DNA of 64,000 nt, from contig NC_090375.1 of NCBI RefSeq assembly GCF_036365525.1, forward strand, positions 46,031,847 to 46,095,846, given 5' to 3'. The notes under the pieces are model-generated. The model searched no databases. It worked only from the letters and a program-made list of their open reading frames with translations, and was not told the origin of the DNA. Positions 50,466 to 62,050 of this stretch are shown here, one piece after another. Position numbers and translations under genes: made by a program. Source of the DNA: Heterodontus francisci (lineage: Eukaryota). Positions within the stretch are counted from its first letter, which is position 1. Each line of letters opens with the position of its first letter.

Positions 50466-51567
50466 AACAACCTGCATAAATTTTAGGTGCAGATTCTATA
50501 TCAGAACCTTCAGAAAAAACCTCACCCTGTAGATTCTCTTTTCAGATGCTGATGGAACTGTTGTGCATTTCTGGAGTTTTCTGTTCGTTCCAAAATTCCA
50601 GTTTTATTTTTAGCTCTATAGTTTATTTCTTCCTTCCTCTAGAAAGGGTCTGAGCTCACTTAGCACTTGTCCAGGATAGCACTTTTTAAAATAAAAGGCT
50701 TACTATGGTAAATGTAAAGCACAGACTACCTCTGTGATGCTAGGTGTTGGAGCATTGCTGATAATCATGATTACCATCCTTGATAAAAAGTTAGGAAATA
50801 ATCGTACTATACAAGGAACTTATAAATGGCCAAACTCCTCATTATGGGAACATAATCCTCTGGATGCTATACATTGACCTGAAAATACAGTTAACGTTAA
50901 TTTCACCTCAGTCTTAATTGTCATAGTTAATACTTTAATCATCCCCATTCTTGTGATTCAAAAGGGATCATCAAACATGACATTTTCATTTTGTGTACTC
51001 AGTTCTGCTGAGAGCTGATTTGAGAGTAAGGCAGTTGTTTTGCTATACTGCTACGTATTGCTACATTGCAGCATTTCTACATTAAGAACATTCAGTAACT
51101 GAAATACATGGCCCAGATATTTACATAACACTGATATTCAGCATTCAGAGATTTAACAGATGAATCATTCAATCATCTTACAAACGACATATTTAGGTGG
51201 TAATGAGCCACATTGACCAGAAAGATCTACTTCTAATTTGTGCTGAGTTAATTGATCTGAGTCAGAAATTACATTACAATCATCAACATTACTGGGCTGG
51301 CATGGGGAAAAACTTTAGTGATGAATGGAAACTGGCCTGTCAAATAATTCCTGATGGAAGGTGCATGTCTGCATATGGACTTAGGTAGTGGCATGATTGA
51401 GACTGAATAAAATGCCCACTTCCCCATTAAAATGTATGTAACTCCCATGGAATTGACGGATGAGCTTCAGTTGTTGGGATGGGTTTTCACTATCTACATT
51501 CAGACATGAAGAATGGCTCCTTAAAGTACAAATAGCCTGGTGTATCCAAACACCTGTACACAAGAAT

Positions 51568-54500
51568 GAACATAGAACAGTACAGCACTGTACAGGCCCT
51601 TCGGCCCACGATGTTGTGTCGAACCTTCAACCTACTCTAAGATCAAACTAACTACCTACCCTTCATTCTACTATCATCCATGTACCTATCCAAGAGTCGC
51701 TTAAATGTCCGTAATGTATCTGCTTCTACTACCACCGCTGGCAGCGCATTCCACGCACCCACCACTGTGTAAAGAACCTACCTCTGACATCTCCCCGAAA
51801 CCTTCCTCCAATCACCTTAAAATTATGCCCCCTGGTGATAGCCCTTTCCGCCCTGGGAAAAAGTCTTTGGCTATCCACTCTATCTATGCCTCTCATCATC
51901 TTGTACCCCTCTATCAAGTTACCTCTCATCCTTCTTCGCTCCAATGAGAAAAGCCCTAGCTCCCTCAAACTTTCTTTTTAGGACATGCCCTCCAGTCCAG
52001 GCAGCATCCTGGTAAATCTCCTCTGCACCCTCTCTAAAGCTTCCACATCCTTCCTATAATGAGGTGACCAGAACTGAACACAATATTCCAAGTGTGGTCT
52101 AACCAGGGCCTTATAGAGCTGCAGCATAACCTCACGGTTCTGAAACTCAATCCCCCTGTTAATGAAAGCCAACACACCATACGCCTTCTTAACAACCCTA
52201 TCAACTTGGGTGGCAACTTTGAGCGATCTATGGACATGGACCCCAAGATCCCTCTGTTCCTCCACACTACCAAGAATCCTGTCTTTAAGCCTGTATTCCA
52301 CATTCAAATTCGACCTTCCAAAATGAATCACTTCACACTTTTCCAGGTTGAACTCCATCTGCCACTTCTCAGCCCAGATCTGCATCCTGTCAATGTCCCG
52401 TTGCAACCTACAACAGCCTTCCACACTATCCACAACTCAAGCAACCTTCGTGTCATCGGCAAACTTGCTAACCCAGCCTTCCACTTCCTCATCCAAGTCA
52501 TTTATAAAAATCACAAAGAGCAGAGGTCCCAGAACAGATCCTTGTGGAACACCACGGGTCACCGAGCTCCATGCTAAATACTTTCCATCTACTACCACCC
52601 TCTGACTTCTATGGGCCAGCCAATTTTGTTTCCAGACAGCCAATATTCCCTGAATCCCATGCCTCCTTACTTTCTGAATGAGCCTACCACGGGGAACCTT
52701 ATCAAACGCCTTGCTAAATTCCATATACACCACATCCACTGCTCTTCCTTCATCAATGTGTTTTGTCACATCTTCAAAGAATTCAATAAGGCTTGTGAGG
52801 CATGACCTGCCCCTCACAAAGCCATGCTGACTGTCTCTAATCAAACTATGCTTTTCCAAATAATCATAACTCCTGTGTCTCAGAATCCTCTCCAATAATT
52901 TGCCCACTACCGACGTAAGACTGACTGGTCTATAATTCCCAGGGTTATCCCTATTCCCTTTCTTGAATAAGGGAACAACATTTGCCACCCTCCAATCATC
53001 CAGTACTACTCCAGTGGACAGTGAAGATGCAAAGATCATCGCCAAAGGCGCGGCAATCTCTTCCCTCACTTCCCGTAATATCATTGGGTATATCCCGTCT
53101 GGCCCCGGGGACCTATCTGTCCTCATATCATTCAAAATTTCCAGCACATCCTCCCTCTTAACATCAACCTGTTCGAGCATATCAGCCTGTTCCACGCTGT
53201 CCTCACAAACGATCAGGTCCCTCTCACTAGTGAATACTGAAGCAAAGTATTCATTTAGGACCTCCCCTACCTCCTCCGACTCCAGGCACAAGTTCCCTCC
53301 ACTATCCCTGATTGGCCCTACCCTCACTCTGGCCATCCTCTTGTTCCTCACATAAGTGTAGAACGCCTTGGGATTTTCCTTAATCCTACCCGCCAAGACT
53401 TCTTCATGTCCCCTTCCAGCTCTCCTAAGTCCATTCTTCAGTTCCTTCTTGGCTACCTTGTAACCGTCTAGAGCCCTGCCTGATCCTTACTTCCTCAACC
53501 TTAAGTAAGCTTCCTTCTTCCTCTTGACTAGCTGTTCCACATCTCTTGTCATCCAAGGTTCCTTCACCCTACCATTCCTTCCCTGCCTCATCGGGACAAA
53601 CCTATCCAGCAGTCGCAGCAAGAGCTCCCTAAACAACCTCCACATTTCTGTCGTGCATTTCCCTGAGAACATCTGTTTCCAATTTATGCTCCCCAGTTCC
53701 TGCCTAATAGCATTGTAATTCCCCCTTCCCCCAATTAAATATTTTCCCATCCTGTCTGCTCCTGTCCCTCTCTATGACTATAGTAAAGGTCAGGGAGTTG
53801 TGATCACTATCACCGAAATGCTCTCCCACCGAGAGATCTGCCACCTGGCCTGGTTCGTTGCCAAGCACCAAGTCCAACATAGTCTCCCCTCTAGTCGGCC
53901 TATCTACATATTGAGTCAGGAAACCTTCCTGGACACACCTGACAAAAACTGCTCCATCCAAACTATTTGCACTAAGGAGGTTCCAATCAATATTAGGGAA
54001 GTTGAAGTCACCCATGATAACAACCCTGTTACTTCTGCACCTTTCCAAAATCTGCCTCCCAATCTGTTCCTCCATGTCTCTGTTGCTATTGGGGGGTCTA
54101 TAGAAAACTCCCAACAAAGTGACTGCTCCTTTCCGGTTTCTGACTTCCACCCATAATGACTCAGTAGACAAACCCTCCTCGACGACCTCCCTTTCTGCAG
54201 CTGTGATACTATCCCTGATTAACAATGCCACTCTCCCACCTCTTTTACCTCCCTCCCTATTCCTTTTGAAACATCTAAACCCCGGAACATCCACCATCCA
54301 TTCCTGCCCCTGTGATATCCACGTCTCCGTAACGGCCACAACATCGTAGCTCCAAGTACTGATGCATGCTCTAAGTTCATCACCCTTATTCCTGACACTT
54401 CTTGCGTTAAAATAGACACACTTCAACCCATTATACTGGTTGCAACTTTGCCCTGTCAACTGTCTAACCTTCCTCACAGACTCTCTGCACTCGGTATCTG

Positions 54501-55467
54501 CCTGTTCAACAGCTACCCCATCCAATCATCCGTGGCTCCGGTTTCCATCCCCCTGCCAAACTAGTTTAAACCCTCCCAAAGAGCTCTAGCAAACCTCCCG
54601 CCCAGGATATTGGTGCTCCTCCAGTTCAGATGCAACCCGTCCTTCTTGTACAGGTCCCACCTTCCCCAGAAGGTATCCCAATGATCCACATATCTGAATC
54701 CCTCCCTCCTACACCAGTTCCGTAGCCACGTGTTCAGCTGCACTCGCTCCCTGTTTCTAGCCTCACTAGCACGTGGCACCGGTAACAATCCTGATATTAC
54801 TACTCTGCTCGTCCTGCCTTTCAGCTTCCAACCTAACTCCCTATATTCGCTTTTCAGGTCCTCATCCCTTTTCCTAGCTATGTCATTGGTACCGATATGT
54901 ACCACGACCTCTGGCTGCTCCCCCTCCCCCTTAAGAATCCTGTGGACTCGATCTGAGACATCCCTGACCCTGGCACCCGGGAGGCAACATACCATCCGGG
55001 AGTCTCGTTCGCGACCACAGAATCTCCTGTCTGTTCCTCTAACCATTGAATCTCCTATCACTATCGCTCTCCTATTCTCCCCCCTTCCCTTCTGAGCCAC
55101 TGAGCCAGGCTCAGTGCCAGAGACTTGGCCACTGTGGCTTTCCTCTGGTAGGTCACCCCCCCCCAACCGTATCCAAAACGGTATATGTATTATTGAGGGG
55201 AACGGCCACAGGGGATCCCTGCACTGTGCGCCTATTCCCTTTCCCTCCCCTGACGGTCACCCAGCTACCTTTATCCTGTAACTTAGGTGTTACTACTTCC
55301 CTATAACTGCTCACTATCACCCCCTCAGCATCCTGAATGATCCGAAGTTCATCCAGCTCCAGCTCCCTAACGCGGTCTGCGAGGAGCTGGAGTTGGGTGC
55401 ACTTCTCACAGGTGAAGTCAGCAGGGACACAAGTGGTGACCCTCACCTCCCACATCCTGCAAGAGGA
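51568..55467 (-). mobile_element. Near full-length CR1/HER1-type LINE (ORF1 zinc-finger/coiled-coil/SGNH esterase; ORF2 APE endonuclease + RT), lacking the 5'UTR, with a few frameshifts and stops
   Basis: ORF1 SSCRMW...CEKC...GDSMVRG...HIGTND...DGLHLN; ORF2 YFNARS, VAVTETW, GDFN, SDHN, QGSVLGP, SKFADD. Confidence 0.95.
54561..55467 (-). pseudogene. CR1 ORF1p (SGNH/GDSL esterase-like), frameshifted in the C8 run at about 55156-55163
   Basis: Blocks I (GDS), III (GTND) and V (DGLH) intact; ORFs 55153-55566 and 54561-55166 join at the homopolymer. Confidence 0.85.
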
Positions 55468-56579
55468 TGAGTCAATGTATTTGAAAGAGAAGGGAGAAAA
55501 AGAAAGGAACAATTGAAAATATGTGTTATAGATAAATGCTGTTTTGAACAGCTTGATGACATTCATTACTCAAAAGGCCACCATCTGTAACTATGTGAGC
55601 AATAAGAAGTCAAGACCACTGTAAACACCTACCATAATACCCAAATTCCAGGACCACTGTTTTTATTCCCATTTGGCCAGAGATGTTAGAAAGAGTTCCT
55701 GTAATGGAGGGAAAAAAATTGTGAGCATAAATATATTATGAGCACAATCAAAAGCCATAATGAAATAATAACTCTTAGAAAACAGACAAGCCTCATAAAA
55801 ACATTACCATGCAATGCTAGAAAAAAAGACAATTGTTTAGAGTGAATTTATTCTGATTCAAAATCAAACATTTGAGGCTAACTATGACAAAATTATAGAC
55901 AAAGGTTATGTGTTTTTTACACTTTGTTTAACAGGATAGAATTTAAGAGATCAGCTACTGCTTAGCTTGCAGTTATATAGTTTAGTCTCTACACAATTAC
56001 AAGATCGATTTATAATTGTTAGTTTAGTAGTACTTGAACCTTTTCTATAGTAATTTTTTACTCTAACAACTTTACAACCTTGCTTTCTTTTAGCGTTTAC
56101 TGGTTTTAAATGTTAAAGGTAAATTAAGTGATATTAAAATCTACTTGATTCATTTACCTTTGCAACTGAAGACCTTTTAAGGGTTACACATCCACTGCCT
56201 CTGACGAATGCCACATTAGTCAAGTCTGTTTGCCTCTAAAAAGCTTTAATTGCTTCCAGCGGAGGATTCATTTAGGTAATTCTCATAAAAATTCCAAAGT
56301 GCACTAGTAAAAAAATGCTTAGACAAGATGAAATGCTGATCACATTCTTCATATATTCACTGCTCAGTAGTGTATTTTCAAAGGGCAACAATATGGAATT
56401 ATTTGTTTTTTTAAACATCATTCAGGTATATTTCTGTATCGACCTCAAGACAAGATTTGTTTTAAAAGAAAATTTTAAAAAGACAAAAGTATGCTTTCCC
56501 TGTTTAAAAGATTTTTTGTGGATTTATTTGGCGTTATAAGAAAATGTATCAAAGTTACTGATGTCACACACAGCAAGTT

Positions 56580-57177
56580 TGCTTTTTTCTCAAAACTTTA
56601 TTTGTATCAAGCAAGAATAGTCAATGTCTTTGATCTCAACACTACAGAATATCTGGAGACTTCAGTTACAAAAGAATACAACTTTACTTGGCATTTGGAG
56701 TTTACTGTTGTTTAAGTAGAAGTTTACAAGGGATAATGCTCTAACACAAGCTAAACTTAAAAGTTGAAACCAAAACTTAAAACTACCTATTAACAAAAAC
56801 TAAAAGCAAAACAAAAAAAACATTGATGTTAACTGAATTTGTGTTTACATTTTAAGTGATCTACATTATCAAACCTAGTTTGGTAATAGATTTTTAAAGG
56901 CTAGTTAAACTTAAAAAAACATGTTAATCCTGTTTACTCGTTTCCAACACAGCATATAACAAGATCAAAGTCTTTCTTCCCACCCACCTCCTTTCCGAGA
57001 TCAAATAATCTCTCCATCTAAAGATTAAGGACTTCATACAAGCATTCAGAACTGGTTAAACAGATCTGTTGTATTTAAGAAAATTCTTTTATATAAAATA
57101 ACCAATTACTTTTAACAGCGTACATCACTGCAGAAACAGCTAACTGATGATTGTATTTCACAGAGTGGATGGTAGGA
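56580..57177 (-). other. KHDRBS3: 3'UTR of KHDRBS3 (about 600 nt, AU-rich, no recognisable repeats)
   Basis: Unique AT-rich sequence after the stop codon, ending in TTGCTTGATACAAATAAAGTTTTG and followed by a GU-rich element (TGCTGTGTGTG). Cleavage site approximate. Confidence 0.7.
56597..56602 (-). promoter_or_regulatory. Polyadenylation signal AATAAA of KHDRBS3
   Basis: TTTATT on the + strand, with a GU-rich tract about 20-30 nt downstream on the minus strand. Further AATAAA at 56523-56528, 55847-55852 and 55662-55667 could be distal sites. Confidence 0.7.
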
Positions 57178-57278
57178 TCAGTATCGTGGTGCATAGGGGT
57201 GCTCCCTGTATGCTCCTTTCGGTGCTCTTGTTGGAGGAGCTTTCATCCGTGAGTTTGAGTTCGTCCACTCTTCCTGAC
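57178..57278 (-). CDS. KHDRBS3: Terminal coding exon of KH-domain RNA-binding STAR protein KHDRBS3 (SLM2/T-STAR); Tyr-rich C-terminus with PY-type NLS
   Basis: Translates (G)QEEWTNSNSRMKAPPTRAPKGAYREHPYAPRY*, matching the Sam68/SLM family C-terminus (GQEEWTNS is the KHDRBS3-type start). Preceded on the minus strand by TTTTCTGTAATAACTACAATAG (acceptor AG at 57280-57279, phase 1) and a CTAAT branch-point motif at 57310-57314. Paralog assignment is from recalled sequences. Confidence 0.85.
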
Positions 57279-58396
57279 CTATTGTAGTTATTACAGAAAA
57301 ATAATCTGCATTAGAACAGTTAAGCACCCCACAATAACACTCAAGGAAGTTCAAAAGGTAAACTACGGATTTAAAATCGTACATTTGAATGAGACTAATG
57401 TTTGTACATCAGAAATACTTTTTAAAAAAATGGTTGCCTTTGTTCTGCAATATTTGAAATTTCTGCATTTTGATCTAGCTCCTGCACCATTTAAGTTGTG
57501 AATAATATCTCTATCATGTAATTATCCCAAGTATGTAGATAGTCAGGTGCTAAGTGCATTTTTCATCATGCTTATTTTCACAAAATTTTAGCCTGATGAA
57601 AATTTCTGATCTATAGTAATTCTGTTGAAGATGTGGGAGGATGTAAGATTTTTGCATTTGATGTCACACAGTTTTGTAATAACCAGAATTGAAAAGAAAC
57701 TAGACTTCAGGGAAGAGGTCTGGAGACAATTTCAGTGTGAGACTAAACCAGATTATCTGATCTAAAAATTAGTCACATTAGTGATTTGTTCTAAATCCTA
57801 ATCAAACTGTATATAGTTTAAACATGACCTGAAAAGGTGGGAATACCTATTTAAGGTTAACTAAGTCCTTGACAATGACACTGACAGTTCTCTCTTCAAA
57901 AGCCTTTCGACTGAGATGCAACAGAGATTTCATTTGTGAAAATGAATTCAGATGAGTTTGACACAGAAATTGTGTCACTTACATTTGAAATTGTATTGAG
58001 GTCTTCAAAAATTGTGTCACACAAGTGTTCTAAAGAGCATAATTTAAACACCTTGTAGTTTATATTCTTGTTTAGTATTTGTAGTTTCAGTAATTTGTTG
58101 TGTACTAGTGTTTCTGTGTATCATCTCAGAAATAAATCTGTTAGGAAATTAGGAATAGAAGTAGGAGCTCTCAAGTCTTCACTACAATTCAATTTGATCA
58201 TGGCTGATCTGTATCTTAACTTTATTTACCCACCCTGGTTCCATATCCTTAATATCCTTGGCTAACAAAATTATCAACCTCAGTTCTGAAATATTCAATT
58301 GACTTAGCCTCAGAGTGTCCTTTGTGTGAAGAAATGCTTCCTGACTATACCCCGATAGTGTGGCATTTTGAAAAACACAGAACATGGTGAGAACTC

Positions 58397-60062
58397 TATA
58401 CGAATATATGAATTATGAGCATGAGTAGGCCACTCAGCCCCGAGAGCCTGTTCCGCCATTCAATAAGGTCATGGCTGATCTGATTGTAACCTCAACTCCA
58501 CATTCCCGCCTACCCCCATTACCCTTTCACCCCCTTGCTTATCAAGAACCTATCTACTTCTGCTTCCACTGCTTCTGAGGAAGAGAGTTCCAAAGACTCG
58601 CAACTGTCAGAGAATAAATTTCTCCTCATCTTGGTCTTAAATGGGCGACCCCTTATTTTAAACACTGACCCCCTAGGGCTGAATTTTACCGACCCCGATA
58701 TGGGTTGTGGAGAGGTGCACTGGAAAATGCCTCCGTAAGAGGCCCTGCCCCATATAACCTGTGGCGGCAAGGCCTTGTGGCGGCCCCGCCGCTGCTTGGT
58801 GACAGCAGACACATTTAAATATGGCAATCAATGTAAATTAATGAATTAGTTGGTGTTGCTGTCCGTTCACTCCGATTTTGCGGACATCGGTCGGCTTCCT
58901 GCGCTGTCCGATCTCGGACCAGTGATGGATGGTGGAACACTGGTAGGGAGTGGGGGGAGGAACTAAGAATGTCAGTGCGGGAGGAGAGGAGTGCGATCAA
59001 ACTTACCTGATTGATCTAGGGGGTGATGGGAAGGGGTAAAGTTAAAAGTTTCTGACCTTTGGGGGTGGGGGGGGAAGGTCAGGTACATAAGGTGAGTATT
59101 TTCTGTGGGGGGGGGGGTGAGGGAAGAGGGCAAGGGTTGAAATGTAAGTTTATTGGAGAGGTGGGAGAGGGGCTGGGAACATTAATTTAATAATTTGTAA
59201 TAAACTTTAAAGCAATGTGCCTTTAAAACTTGAAATGTAAGAGCTGGAAGCCCTTTGAAAATGGTGCCGGACGCCGTTGCCGGAGCACTCGCCCCCTCTA
59301 CGTCATCGTGTGGGGGGCAATCCGCCCTGGCTATGTAAATGAGCCGCTGCATATATTGGCGGCGAGCTAGTGAAATTCAGCCCCGAGTTCTAGATTCTCC
59401 CACAAGAGGAAACATCCTTTCCACATCGACCCTGCCAAAACCCCTTAGAATCTTATATGTTTCAATCATGTCACCTCTTACTCTCTAAACCTAGCCTGTC
59501 TAGCCTTTCCTCATAAGACAACCCGCCTATTCCAGTTAGTAGTCTAGTAGACTTTCTCTAAACTGCTTCCAACGCATTTACATCCTTCCTTAAATAAGGA
59601 GACCAATACTGTACACAGTACTCCAGATGTGGTCTCACCAATGACCTGTAAAGCTGAAGCTTTTGTATTCAATTCCCCTCACAATAAACAATAACATTCT
59701 TTTAGCTTTCCTAATTTCTTGCTGTACCTGCATACTAACATTTTGTGATTCATGCACTAGGGACACCCAGATCCCTCTGCATCTCACAGCTATGCAATCT
59801 CTCACCATTTAGATAATATGCTTCTTTTTAATTTTTCCTGCCAAAATAGACAATTTCACATTTTCCCACATTATACTTCATTTGCTAAATCTTTGCCCAC
59901 TCACTTAACCTACCTATATCCCTTTGTAGCCTCATGTCCTCTTCACAACTTACTTTCCTACCTATCTTTGTGTCATCAGCAAATTTAGCAACCATACTTT
60001 TGGTCCCTTCATCCAAACCATTTATATAAATTGTAAAAAGTTGAGGCCTCAGCACTGATCCC
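58397..60062 (-). mobile_element. 5'-truncated CR1 (with MITE insertion), in the KHDRBS3 last intron
   Basis: GSVLRPQLFTIYINGLDEG...AKFADD; same subfamily as 31180-32405 and 60172-62017. Confidence 0.85.
58676..59383. mobile_element. PIF/Harbinger-like MITE (708 bp)
   Basis: TIRs GGGCTGAATTTTAC / GTGAAATTCAGCCC; 3-bp TSD CTA/CGA. Removing it restores CR1 GACCCCCTAGTTCTAGATTC. Confidence 0.8.
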
Positions 60063-60171
60063 TCTCTTTCCTGAACCTGTGTTTTCTTCTGGGCTGTGAC
60101 TGTTGGGGAAGCTGGGTAGAGGGATATAGGAGAGGTTGAGAAGGAGGACCTGCAGACATCGCTCCTGTCCA

Positions 60172-62017
60172 ATAGGTAACTACAGGGCAGTTGGCTTAAC
60201 ATCAGTCATAGGGAAAATGAAAGAAGCTATTATTGAAGACATTATAGCAGGGCACTTAGAAAAACTCAAGGTAATTGGGCAGAGTCAACATGGTTTTGTG
60301 AAAGGGAAATTCCTTGTTTAACCAATTTATTGGAGTTCTTTGAAGTAACATGTGCTGTGGATAAAGGGGAACCGGTGGATGTACTGTACTTAGATTTTCC
60401 AGAAGGCATTTGATAATGTGCCGCATCAAAGGTTGTTGTGGAAAATAAAAGCTCATGGTGTAGGGGTTAACATTTGGCATGGACAGAAGATTGGCTGGCT
60501 AACAGGAAACAAAGAGTAGGATAAATGGGTCATTTTCTGGTTGGAAAAATTTAACGAGTGGTGTGCCACAGGGATCAGTGCTGGGGCCTCAACTTTTTAG
60601 AGTTTATATTAACAACTTAGATGAAGAAACCGAAGATATGGTTGCTAAATTTGTTGATGGCACAAAGATAGGTAGGAAAGTAAGTTGTGAAGAGGACATA
60701 AGGAGGCTACAAAGGGATATAGGTAGGTTAAGTGATTGGGTAAAGATCTGGCAAATGGAGTATAATGTGGGAAAATGTGAAATGGTCCATTTTGGCAGGA
60801 AGAAAATAAAGAAGCATATTATCTAAATGGTGAGAGAATGCAGAGCTGTGAGATGCAGAGAGATCTGATTGTCCTACTGCATGAATCGCAAAAGGTTAGT
60901 ATGCAGGTACAGCAATTAATTGGGAATGCTAATAGAATGTTATTGTTTATTGCGAGGGGAATTGAATACAAAAGTAGGGAGGATATGCTTCAGTTATACA
61001 GGGCATTGGTGAGAGCACATCTGGAGTACTGTGTACAGAATTGGTCTCCTTCTTTAAGGAAGGATGTAAATGCATTGGAAGCAATCCAGAGAAGGTTTAC
61101 TAGACTTTACTACCTGGAATGGGCAGGTTGTCTTATGAGGAAAGGTTGGAAAAGCTAGGCTTATATCTGTTGGAATTTAGAAGAGTAAGAGGCGACTTGA
61201 TTGAAACATATAAGATTCTGAGGGGTCTTGACAGGGTGGATGTGGAAAGGATGTTTCCTCTTGTGGGAGAATCTGGAACTAGGGGTCACTGTTTAAAAAT
61301 AAGCGGTCACTCATTTAAGACAGAGATGAGGAGAAATTCTTTCTCTCAGAGGGTCGTGAGTCTTTGGAACTCTTCCTCAAAAGGCAGTCTTTGAATATTT
61401 TTAAGGCACAGATAGATTTTTTTTTATTTGTCTTATGTGGGATGTGGGCATCACTGGCTAGGCCAGCATTTATTGCCCATCCCTAATTGCCCTTGAACTA
61501 AGTGGCTTGCTCGGCCATTTCAGAGGGCATTTAAGAGTCAACCACATTGCTGTGGGTCTGGAGTCACATGTTGGCCAGACCAGGTAAGGACGGCAGATTT
61601 CCTTCCCTAAAAGGACATTAGTGAACCAGATGGGTTTTTACAACAATTGACAATGGTTTCATAGTCACCATTCAGAGAATCATTACAGCGCAGGAGGCCA
61701 TTCAGCCCATCGTGTCCGCACTGGCTCTCTGAAAGAGCAACTCCCTCATTACTTGTAATTCCAGATTTATTAATTTAGTTCAAATTTCAACATCTGTCGT
61801 GGTGGGATTTGAAGCCATATCCGCATAGCCTGGGCTCTGGATTATGAGTCAAGTGATATTACCACTTTGCCACCACCTCTTGACAAGCAAGGGGGTGAAA
61901 GAGTATTGGGAGTAGGCAGGAATATGGAGTTGAGGTTACAATCAGATCAGCCATGATCTTATTGAATGGCGGAGCTCAAGAGGCTGAGTGGCCAACTCCT
62001 GCTCTTATGTTCCTATG
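60172..62017 (+). mobile_element. 5'-truncated CR1 interrupted by a SINE
   Basis: GNYRAVGLTSVIGK, QGSVLGP, AKFVDG, LVRAHLEYC; resumes at about 61879 through the tail CTCTTATGTTCCTATG. Confidence 0.88.
61417..61878 (-). mobile_element. Bipartite tRNA-derived SINE: 5' ~340 nt of the tRNA-headed LINE fused to its last ~70 nt (with a small CR1 tail at about 61675-61745)
   Basis: Minus strand: GAGGTGGTGGCAAAGTGG head, the same body as 10190-10425, then GCCACTTAGTT|CAAGGGCAATTAGGGATGGGCAATAAATGCTGGCC and poly(A). Confidence 0.85.
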
Positions 62018-62050
62018 TACTTGCTACCTGTGAGGACAAGGAGAAAGACT

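Noticed and set aside
54561-55166. Host GDSL/SGNH esterase gene
   Set aside because: Intronless, frameshifted and directly upstream of APE-RT; it is the known CR1 ORF1 esterase domain.
57279-57384. N-terminal part of ORF 57178..57384 (MYDFKSVV...)
   Set aside because: Lies upstream of a good splice acceptor and branch point; it is intronic read-through with no STAR-family similarity.
58397-62017. Twin-priming 5' inversion of a single CR1
   Set aside because: Both halves overlap in consensus coordinates and each has its own 3' tail, so two insertions or an inverted duplication fit better.
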